Below, piece after piece: positions 27,801 through 39,800 of a stretch of 64,000 nucleotides of DNA. Positions within the stretch are counted from its first letter, which is position 1. Each line of letters begins with the position of its first letter. The notes beneath the pieces are model-generated. The model was not told the origin of the DNA, did not search any database, and was given only the letters and a program-made list of their open reading frames with translations. This DNA is from Raja brachyura (taxonomy: Eukaryota). The stretch lies in NCBI GenBank assembly GCA_963514005.1, contig OY740793.1, positions 15,748,001-15,812,000 of the forward strand. The letters run 5' to 3'. Position numbers and translations under genes: made by a program.

Positions 27801-30800
27801 GGGAAAGTGAAATTCCAGTTTGGAAATCCATCAGAACACGAAACAGGATATTAATTCAGCTCCAAAAACAAGGAAGGCAGCTTTAAAAGTCAAGATTCCA
27901 GGAAATGCAGAACCTTACTAAAAACAACTTAAAATAACATAAAAGTATGTTGAAAACATTGTATTATTTAGATCCAGACTTATTTTGTGCCTGGGTTTTA
28001 AATAATTTAATGTTACATTAGGAATCTGTACGATTCTGTTACTATTCCAGGGACACTCATTCTCGTTGTGTTATGGTTTTAGATCAGCTGCCTTCCGAAA
28101 CCTCAAATCACATGGATTATTTCCAAATACAGGAAGTTCTACTATATTGCCCGTTTCCACAAGGTAAATTGGATATGACACGGTTGATGAACTGGGGAAA
28201 ACTATTCGTATTATGTGATTTGTATACAACATGATTTTGGTCAGGAACAAGAAAACTGCTTAAAAGTTGCTTTGGAAGTTGGCAAGCAGAAAATAAAAGC
28301 CACCTTGGGAAAGCAATATGTAGCCTCCCACAGAAATCAAACACCATTGCCTCTTAAGAATACTTTCACCATGGGAGACCATTGAATTATTTTGATACGT
28401 GCAATGATATTCTATTAAACAATGTAACATTCAGCCATAAGTATTTTTATTGCTGTAACAAACATTATCTTACGCAATTAAAAAACACCTCTATTTTTGA
28501 AAATCCTACAGGGAAAAATAACTTTGTTATTGTGAGTGTGAAACTGTCTAGTTCCTAACCCCATTTTCCCCATTGATCAATGGTTTTATAATCCAATCTT
28601 CTATAACATCACATTTCTTAATAATGCAACTATTGCATTATAGCAGAACTACCTATATAAATCTTGACAGTTAGAAGGTGACCAGAGGACACCAAACTTA
28701 TTTGATGCCAATTTTCACACTATCTGGAGTGAGTAAATAGGAAAGTGAGTAAAACTGCACAAAAAATGTATATCCAAGTTATTTTCTAAAACCTGTTTTT
28801 ACAATGCAAATTGGATATGACACGGCTGATGAATTGGGGAACACTATTTGTATTACGTGATTTGTATTTGTATATAAGATGATTTTGATCGGGAACAAGA
28901 GAACTGCTCAAAAGTTACTTTTTAAATTGGCAAGCGGAAAATAGAAGCCATCTTGGGGAAAGCAATATGTAGCCTCCTGCATGTTGTCACAGCTATTTAG
29001 GAACTGTGATCCTATTGAATCATGGACATAACTGGCCAACAAGAAACGTGCAAGTCACCATTACTCACCTCATAATTTTCATTTACATCAGTCTGTTCCC
29101 AATGCACATTAGGTACTCCCATTCGTTGAAATTCTTCCCTTATATTTATCATTTTCCAACCTATGCCTCTGTCCATTTCCTTCTGCTTAGGGTTGTATGA
29201 GAAAGCATATAGCTCCTCATACTCCACTGAAATATAAACAATTTTGATGAAACGTTAATAAATGTTAAAACATTGTGGTGGAAAAAGGAATGTCCTTAAC
29301 CATGTAGCACAGAATGCCATAGAACACACTTTTTTCCCCATGTGGCTATCAAACTGTGCAACTCCTCCCCTTTGTCATGGGGTATACTGACTCCCACTCC
29401 CCTTCCCCTTCCCCTTCCCCCTCCCCCCTCCCCCCCCCAATCTTTGCACATCCCAAATCCTGGACTTTCCACATCTTTAATTTCATGTTCCATGTTTCTT
29501 GTTGTGTCTTATGACTGTTGGCAAACCAATTTCCCTCCTGGGATAAATAAAGTATCAACAATTATATGCATATATAAACTATAAATAAAAATGCTAAGTT
29601 TTGTTCCATGCCGTTTTTTCTGATCTACCAAGTCTAAGATTTTTATTGAACTGAACATTGTCAAATTCAGGTGAGGGTTATCAATTGAAACATCCGCAAC
29701 CATCTATAAGATTGTTAAATCCTACTTTGTCCCACCTACACCTCTTTTCCAGCTTTCTCCCAACACCCCCCCCCCCCCACGACAATCAGCCTGAAGATGC
29801 GTCCCAACCCAAAACATCGCCTATCCATGTCCTCCAGAGATGAGATGCTGCCTGCCCTGCTGAGCTACTCCAGCACTTAGTGTTGTATGTAAGATTTTTA
29901 AATCAGACTGCTCCTGTATGACAACGAATCTCACTGATCAAAATCAATAGCATTCTGGTGCAGGTTGGTGATTTAAGGCATGGGGAGCTTTGGATGGAGG
30001 AAGGCCATAGGTGTGCAGTGATGCTGCTGAATTTTTTACAAGTAACAAGAAACAAGACAATCATGCCTTAACAACGCCCTGTACATTGAGCGAGGATCAG
30101 ACGCCAACTTTGATCCAAATGAGCCCCTATGAGAAGACTATAATTGGGTTTTGCATGCAATTCAATTCAGGTAGACCACTTTGCTTTTCTTGGGTATGAT
30201 AGATATGGTCTTGAAGCGGGTGAGCTATCCGCAGACGCGAGAGATTGAAAATGTCCTTGAATACTCCAGTTAGTTGGTCTGTACAGGTCTTTAGCAATCA
30301 ATCACGTACACAGTCTGGGCTAGTCTTGCCGTAGCTGGTGAGTGTCCGCCTGCGACTCCAGCTTGGTTCAAAACTGTCTCTCCGCACTCCTGGTGGACTT
30401 CAAGATTATATACCTGGACTTCTTGTGTGATGCTGAATCACAGTCTTAAATGCCACAGATTTAGCCCAGAGGAGGTGATGTCTCCTAGTTCATCCAAAAC
30501 TTCTAGCTAGAGAATCATACTATCATAGAGCTACACAGCATTGAATGTCTACCCTTTGTCCGCCTTGTCCATGGTGACCAAGGTGGTATATTGGGCTGGT
30601 CTCATTTTCCTTGCATCCCTCCATAAGTTCCTCTGGACCCAGTGTTAAAAGGTCACCCCCAAGGCTCCTCTTAATTCTCTCTCTTCTCACCTAAAGCCTA
30701 CGCCTTCTAGTTTTAAAATCATCCACCCTGGGAATAAAGACAGTGAGTGTTACCTTATCCAGGCCCTTCCTGTACACGTAAATAAGGTCAGCCTCCTATG

Positions 30801-33800
30801 CTCCAAAGAAAAAAGATGCAGCCTAACCAACCTCTCCCTATAACGCGCCTGCAAGCCCAGGTAACATCCTGGCGAGAACAACAGCAAAATGCTGAATAAC
30901 TCAGCAGGTCAGGCAGCACCTCTCGAGGACATGGATGGGCGACTTTTCCGGTCGGGATCCTTCGAGAATCTGAAGACGAATCCCGACACAAAACGCTGCC
31001 TATGCATGTCCTCCAGAGATGCTGGCTGATACACCAAAGCCAATTAACCTACAAATTGCAAATCTTTGGAGTGTGGGAGAAAACACACACGGTCATAAAG
31101 AGAACGTACAAACTCCGCACAGATGGCCAGGAACAAACCCAGGACTGTGACACTGTAAAGCAGCAACCCTTCGGCTGGGCCACTGTGCCGCCCCTAGTTC
31201 ATTCAAAGTAACTAATAATATCCACACTTTGAAATATGTGACAAGGTATTATAACAATGCATCAACAGTGAAGAAAGCAAATGGTATGTTAGCATTCATA
31301 GCGAAAGGATTTGAGTATAGGAGCAGGGAGGTTCTACTGCAGTTGTACAGGGTTTTGGTGAGGCCACACCTGGAGTACTGCGTACAGTTTTGGTCTCCAA
31401 ATCTGAGGAAAGACATCCTTGCCATAGAGGGGGTACAGAGAAGATTCACCAGACTGATTCCTGGGATGTCAGGACTTTCATATGAGGAAAGATTGGATAG
31501 ACTCGGTTTGTACTCGATGGAATTTAGAAGATTGAGGGGGGATCTTATAGAAACCTACAAAATTCTTAAGGGGTTGGACAAGCTAGATGCTGGAAGATTG
31601 TTCCCGATGTTGGGGGAGTCCAGAACAAGGGGTCACAGTCTAAGGATAAGGGGGAATTCCTTTAGGACCGAAATGAGGAAAACATTCTTTACACAGAGAG
31701 TGGTGAGTCTCTGGAATTCTCTGCCACAGAAGGTAGTTGAGGCCAGTTCATTGGCTATATTTAAGAGGGCGTTAGATGTGGCACTTGTGGCTAAAGGGAT
31801 CAGGGGGTATGGAGAGAAGGCAGGTACGGGATACTGAGTTGGATGATCAGCCATGATCACATTGAATGGCGGTGCAGGCTCGAAGGGCCGAATGGCCTAC
31901 TCCTGCACCTATTTTCTATGTTTCTATGTAATGGATAGAACCAAATTCATACTCAAGTGCCATGAAAATGAAAAATGCCATGAAAATTTACACAGCATGG
32001 TTTGGGTATAGCTCCATCCAAGACCGCAAGAGATTGCAGATTTGTGGAGGTACACCTAGAAAACCACACAAACCAACCTCCCTTCCATTGACTCCATCTG
32101 CACTTCACGCTGCTTCGGAAAACCACTAGCATAATCAAGGATGAGTCTCACCCCAGTCATTCCCTCTTCTCCACTCTCCCTTCAGACTAAAGGTACAGAA
32201 GCATGAAAACGCATAGCCCCAGATTCAGAAATATTTTCTTCCCAACTGTTTTCAGGCAACTGAACCAATCTATCACCAACTAGAGAGCGGTCATGACCTC
32301 ACATCTACCTGACTGGGGACCTTCGAACTATCTTTAATCGGAATTTACCTTGCACTAAAATTTATCTTGCCGTGATCCTGTATCTGTACACTGTGGACAG
32401 CTTGAATAGTTTTTTTGCTAACTGGATAGCACGCAACAAAAATGCTTTTCACTGTGCCTCGGTCCGTGTGACAATAAAAAAAACTAAACGAGGATGTACT
32501 GTACCTGGCTGAGAGAGTCTGAGAAGTGAACTGTAAACATCATGACATTCACGCTCTCGAGTAATAACAAAGTGTGCAACTCTGAAGTTCTTGCAATGAA
32601 TCAGCAACGGGCACCCTGCTGAAGTAAGGGGAAGCTTCTCCAATGTTGAAATATGATGGTGCAAAATCTATAAAAAGTAATATTGAAAGTCAATTAGTTT
32701 GTGTCTGGCTGTGAACTAATTTGTTTTTTCATTTGGCAGCAACAGTTTCAATCCTGCAGGGCGATTTCAATTCTCTTGTCAAATAAAGTTATCAAATGAA
32801 TCTGAAAACAAATATCACTGTTAGCCAGAAGAAATCCAAATAGACCTTGAAAAGAAAAAGTAAAATATTGTTCATATTTCTGACTGCCACTAGTCATTAA
32901 TACTTTAAATTATGCATTGGGATAGTGAGGAATACATAATCTCACTGCTGATTATGGGAAACCAGGGACATTTAGAAATAGACAGGAATTAAGATTTAAG
33001 GTTTTAAACTTGCCTTTAAAAAAAATTGGCTTGTCATTCACAAAACAAATTTTCATGGATTTAGTGAAAAATTGATCCTGTTGTTTAACTTAGGAAATTG
33101 TCCATGTTCTCAAGGGATATTACCTGAGCCGCTGAGTTTACTCCAGCATTTTGTGTCTGTTTTGTGAACCAGCATCTACAGTTCCTTGTTTCTACTAAGG
33201 TTTAAGTTGAATTGGGTACTCTTACTTTCAGAGTCAGAAGGTAAGACAAACGCAGTGGGCAGCAAAATGCAATTACATACCCATGTCTCTTTACGGATCT
33301 CCGTTGATGATTCTACAAATATCAGATGTGTTGCAGTCAAGTAAAGTGTTCCCAATGTTGGTTTCTTGGAAGTAAACCGGTCAAGCAACTTCACATACTC
33401 TACCTGCAAGATAAAAAGGGCAAATAAAAACTAGACAATTACATTTCTTTATTATTCAAGCTGTTAAATTCATGGTGGATGAATTAATTGCCAGGCAGTT
33501 CACAAAGACTGGCCAGATACATATGGTAATAAGCTTAGGCCATATGGAAGCTTCCAGGAGAACATGTCCCTGAGAAAAACACTTGGTGTGATTTACTTTG
33601 ACAACCAGCCAGACAAGGCCTTCGTAAAACTAATTAAAAATTCCTGTGTTATAATCAAGGGTTGGTGCATATTTCCAATGTTGCTGAACATTAACCTACT
33701 AATGCCATTGGCAGCAGATAGGCACAAACATTTATTACAAATGTGGACGCAGAAATAAATCGTAGAAAATTGGCATGACGGCAAACTTACCAAACATTAC

Positions 33801-36800
33801 ACAATCCGGCATCGGAATGAATGTTTTAACTAGAAAATGACTAACATCAATACACTACTGCTGGAGTAACTCAGCGAGTCAGGCAACATTACTGGAGAAC
33901 ATGGATAGGTGATGTTTCGGGTTACGACTCAATCCAAAATGTCACCTGTCCATGTTCTCCACAGATGCTGCCTGACCCGCTGATTTAATCCAGCACTTTA
34001 TGTTTTTTACTCAAAATTCCAGCATTTGCAGTTTCTTGTGTCTATCTATATAGTATTGTCTACCTTCATTTGGAGCAGTTTGTCCATCTAATTATTAGGC
34101 CTATTCCCAACTCAATTCAGCCACTGGCCTGTCTTTTAATTTATCACTGTGACTGTGCAAATCAATTGGAAGCAGCAGCTTTGCCAACAACAGTGACGAC
34201 ATTTACTTAGCAATTTTATATTTTCATACAAGGGAGGCAGTAAAACTGAGTGTTTGTTCAAATTATTTTGTTTAGTTTATCAGCAGAGCTGTCAGAGCAC
34301 TATGAAGTATGTTGTCATTTTATGCTTTATATATATTGTAAATAATACAACAGATAAAGGATCAAATAGATTTCGATAGCATTTCAATTTAAAATAACAT
34401 TTGCTGCATTCAACTAGTGCTCCTCATCAACAACAAACGAAGGAGACTATTTGTAGATCACAATGTTGAAGAGAAAATGTTGTTTTTTAAGCAACTGATA
34501 CTGAAGTGTTTGAGTACATCTCACTTTCCACCATAGTACAGCTGTTACACAAATATTAAAAAGTACAGCAACAAAAACACTTCAACAAAATACCATTTAT
34601 CAGAGTACAAAAGTAACATTGATATGTCAGAGATTTTATCTCTAATGTTTACACAACCCTTGTAGGTATAAATGCCCAAACAGAAAGTGATAATCTGAAG
34701 AAGGGTCTCGACCCAAATCGTCACCCATTCCTTCTCTCCTGAGATGCTGCCTGTTCCGCTGAGTTACTCCAGCTTTTTGTGTCTATCTTCGTGATAATCA
34801 GATTACTATTTATTTATTGCCATGTAGCTTTGTCACACAAAGCAATATATTTCCAGTTCCAATAGACAATAAGTGCAGGAGTAGGCCATTTGGCCCTTTG
34901 AGCCAGCATCGCCATTCAATGTGACCATGACTGATCATCCCCCATCAGTACCCCGTTCCTGCCTTCTCCCCATAATCCCCTGACTGCTATTTTCAAGAGC
35001 CCTATCTAGCTCTCTCTTGAAAGCCTCCAGAGAACCTGCCTCCACCACCCTCTGAGGCAGAGAATTCCACACTCACCACTCTCCATGAGCAAAAGTGTTT
35101 CCTTGTGTCCGTTCTAAATGGCTTACTCCTTATTCTTAAACTATGGCACCCTGGGTCTGGACTCCCCAACATCGGGAACATGTTTCGTGCCTCTAGCGTG
35201 TCCAAACCCTTAACAATCGTATATGTTTCAATGGGATCCCCTCTCATCCTTCTAAACTCCAGAGTGTACAAGCCCAGCCGCTCTATTCTCTCAGCATATG
35301 ACAGTCCTGCCATCCCGGTAATTAACCTTGTAAATCTATGCTGCACTCCCTCAATAGCAAGAATGTCCTTCCTCAAATTAGGGGACCAAAGCTTCACACA
35401 ATACTCCAGGTGTGGTCTCACTAGGGCTCTGTACAACTGCAGAAGGACCTATTTGCTCCTATATTTGATTCCTCTTGTTATAAAGGGCAACATGCCATTC
35501 GCTTTCTTCACTGCCTGCTGTACCTGCATGCATAGACTGATGTACAAGGACCCCCAGATCCCATTGTACTTTTCCCAACTTGACGCCATTTAGATAGTAT
35601 CTGCCTTCCCGTTTTAGCTACCAAAGTGGATAACCTCACATTTATCTGCATTAAACTTCATCTGCCATGCATCTGCCCACTCCCCAACCTGTCCAAGTCA
35701 CCCTGCATTCTCATACTATCCTCCTCACAGTTTACACTGCCACCCAGCTTTGTGTCACCCAAAAGTAAAAATACCATAAAATGCCATGTATGCTTTCTTT
35801 GCTCAAAATTCCAGTATCTGCAGTTCCTTGTATCTTTCTTTATAGTATTTTAATAAACGTTTTCAATTATTTACGTTAATAATTTTAATACGTTATTGAA
35901 TGACAGACATTTATATTTTTCGAACTTAATTTTTGACAGACCAACCTGACAAAGTTGAAGACGAAGTTTGCCAGCTATCAAAACATTTAGTGACATTTTA
36001 TCAATCTAGCACTGTTGCCTCCATTTACTCCCAGGACCTGCATACTTAGGCCCAGTGAAATTGGAAGTCTGCTTATTTGTGGTTCAGTTCATTCTGGATG
36101 TGGAAAGACCTCATGTGGCACTTCTAGATAAGCTGACTGGTCCAAACACATCCTTGCCTCCATCACCATCTCCATTGAATCCTGAATTTTAAAGACCAAT
36201 ATCAGTTCACTTCTAATAACTTTATTATCTAAAAACCCTTATCCCTCCAATCTTTCCTCAGTTGTTTGTTTTTATTCTGATACCATCTAAACATTGTTAG
36301 GACTTTCCACATTGCTTCTTTGTCCTCTTTGTGGCATAGTTTGTCCAACTTAGCTTTCTAAGTACAACCTGACCAGAATATAAGGGAGAATATCTTCACA
36401 GCGTTATGAAAGGAGGTCTAAAATTTGAAAATCAAGGGACTTGAAATTGGGTCTTGCACCCTTTTTATAATGTACAAATCATCCACTAAAAACTCACCAG
36501 TCATAATTTCCAGGACAAACAGTAATCAATGGGAAATTGTCCCAGGCACAATTAATTGCAGCTAACATCTGCCTGGAATTAGCCCCACATCGAAAGACAT
36601 CATCGATAGCACAGTGTATGTTTCCTCAATTGCCAGCAGAAATTGGGGCTTTGAAAATTAAACCATGATTTTAGTTCCCAACTCACAAAAAATAGCTACA
36701 GGTCCCCTGTTTAGACTTTGGAGATATCTGTAGTCTTTAGAGATATAGTGCAGAGACAGGCCCTTAAGCCAATGAGTCCATGCCGACCAGCAACCGCTCT

Positions 36801-39800
36801 ATATACTAGCACTATCCTACACACCAGGGACAATTTACCAAACCCAATTTACCAACAAACCTGCATGTCTTTGGAGTGTGGGAAGAAACCGGAGCACCTG
36901 GAGAAAGCCCACGTGGCCACAAAGAACGTACAAACTCCGTAAGACAGCACCCGTAATCAGGATTATACCCGAACCCATGGCATTGTAAGGCAGCAACTCT
37001 ACCACTGCACCACAGTGCCATCCTGACTGGGATACACCTGTATAAAAAATTATGAGGTAAATAGATAGGGTGATTGCACATAGTCTTTTTCCCCAGGGTG
37101 GGGGAATCAAGAACCAGAGGGCTTAAGTTAAAGGTGAGGAGGGAAAGATTTAAGACAACTATGAAGGAGAACTATTTTTTGTAGAGTGTGCTGGGTATAG
37201 GAAATGAGCTGCCAGATAAAGTAGTTGAGGCAGGAACAATAACAAAAATAGACATTTGGACAGATATATGGCAATGAAAGGTTCAGAGGGATACGAGCCA
37301 AGCATAGGCAAATGGTACCAGCATCTTGGTTGCCATGGATGAGTTGGGCCAAAGGGCCTGGCTTTGTAATTTTATGACTCTATCACCCGTGGAAATCCCA
37401 TACATACGAACAAGCATTTGGGAGACCAGCAGGATGGAATTGCAATACCTTGTTTTTGCACATTTACCCACTTATTCTACATCACCTCCAAGCCACACAC
37501 ACACACACCTGTTTTAACAGGTTTTGTTATACAAAATAGCACAACCCTGTTTTTAACAGATTTTTTCTCAATTTCACAATTTTTGGAAGAAGTTACTGTT
37601 AGCGTTACCGGTATAGTCACAGAGTAACAGGCCCTTTGGGCCATTTCATTCATGCCAACCAAGATGAACTGGTCCCATTTGCCTGAATTTTGCCCATATA
37701 TCCTATTAAAGCTTTCCTATCTATGAACCACTCCAACTGTCTATTAAACATTGCGATTGTAGCCACCCCTACCAATTTTTCTGGCAGCCCAAATCTTTAC
37801 CCATGATCCTCATTGTGAAAAACTTGCCAATCATGTTCCTTTCGAATCTTTCCACTCTCATCTTAAATTTATGACCTCTAGTTTTAGACTCCCCAACCCT
37901 GGCAAAAAGTCAGTGATCTAGTAAAGTAACAAAGGTGAGGCATTTTTCTGATTCACACAATTCAAACACTAACTAACATTCACAAACAGGTCAGGGTTCA
38001 CAAGCCTTGGAGCCACAAAACGTCAGTGTTCAAGGCCAAAGGGAAATATAAACCCCGACCAGACCACAGAAGTCTTTCCAGCTCAAACTGTCATTAAGTG
38101 AACTCATGTTTCTCAAGACGTAACCCTCTAGCTTTTAACGTCTTTAGTTACAAAAAATAAACTGTCAATCTTCATTTAAAATTAACAATTGATCTATTTA
38201 CAGCAACTGCATATTTGTTTGGATTTTCAACTTTTATCCCACCTTTAAAACCTGTTGCTTACATCAAAATGCCTTAATAGCTGGATGTTTGTGCATTCAC
38301 CAACATCTGTTTCTGTGCTACACCTGCTCACCAATTATATACATTCAGCTATGGCTTTGTATCGGGACAACATTCTACATAGAAACATAGAAATTAGGTG
38401 CAGGAGTAGGCCATTCGGCCCTTCGAGCCTGCACCGCCATTCAATAAGATCATGGCTGATCATCCAACTCAGTATCCCGTACCTGCCTTCTCTCCATACC
38501 CTCTGATCCCCTTAGCCACAAGGGCCGCATCTAACTCCCTCTTAAATATAGCCAATGAACTGGCCTCAACTACCCTCTGTGGCAGAGAGTTCCAAAGACC
38601 CACCACTCTCTGTGTGAAAAAAGTCCTTCTCATCTCGGTCCTAAAGGATTTCCCCCTTATCCTTAAGCTGTGACCCCTTGTCCTGGACCTCCCCAACATC
38701 GGGAACAATCTTCCTGCATCTAGCCTGTCCAACCCCTTAAGAATTTTGTAAGTTTCTATAAGATCCCCTCTCAATCTCCTAAATTCTAGAGAGTATAAAC
38801 CGAGTCTATGCAGTCTTTGTTCATAAAACAGTCCTGACATCCCAGGAATCAGTCTGGTGAACCTTCTCTGCACTCCTTCTATGGCAATAATGTCCTTCCT
38901 CAGATTTGGAGACCAGAACTGCACGCAATACTCCAGGTGTGGCCTCACCAAGACCCTATACAACTGAAGTAGAACCTCCCTGTTCCTATACTCAAATCCT
39001 TTTGCTATGAAAGCTAACATACCATTCGCTTTCTTCACTGCCTGCTGTACCTGCATGCCTACTTTCAATGACTGGTGTGCCATGACACCCAGGTCGCGCT
39101 GCATCTCCCCTTTTCCTAATCGGCCTCCATTTAGATAATAGTCTGTTTTCCTATTTTTGCCACCAAAGTGGATAACCTCACATTTATCCACATTATACTG
39201 CATCTGCCAAACATTTGCCCACTCACCCAGCCTATCCAAGTCACCTTGCAGTCTCCTAGCATCCTCCTCACAGCTAACACTGCCCCCCAGCTTAGTGTCA
39301 TCCGCAAACTTGGAGATATTGCCTTCAATTCCCTCATCCAGATCATTTATGTATATTGTAAATAGCTGGGGTCCCAGCACTGTGCCTTGCGGTACCCCAC
39401 TAGTCACTGCCTGCCATTGTGAAAACGACCCGTTTACTCCTACTCTTTGCTTCCTGTTTGCCAGCCAGTTCTCTATCCACATCAATACTGAACCCCCAAT
39501 GCCGTATGCTTTAAGTTTATATACTAATCTCTTATGTGGGACCTTGTCGTAAGACTTCTAATTGGTTTGGGAACAGCTCCATCCAAAACTGCGAGAAATT
39601 GCAGAGAATTATGGACGCAACCCAGACCATCACACAAACCCTCCCCTTCCATTGCCTCTATTTGTACCTCATGTTGCCTCTGACAAGGTCACCAGCATAA
39701 TCTAAGACAAGTCGCACCATGGCTACTCCCTCTTCTCCCCTCTCCTATTGGGCAAAGGGTGTAGAATTGTGAAAATGCACAATTCAGGGACAATTTCTTC

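Noticed and set aside
28815-28840. CTGATGA as a C-box or hammerhead core in the duplicated segment
   Set aside because: Antisense to the host gene, not conserved in the other copy (TTGATGA), and no matching D box or GAAA/helix II.
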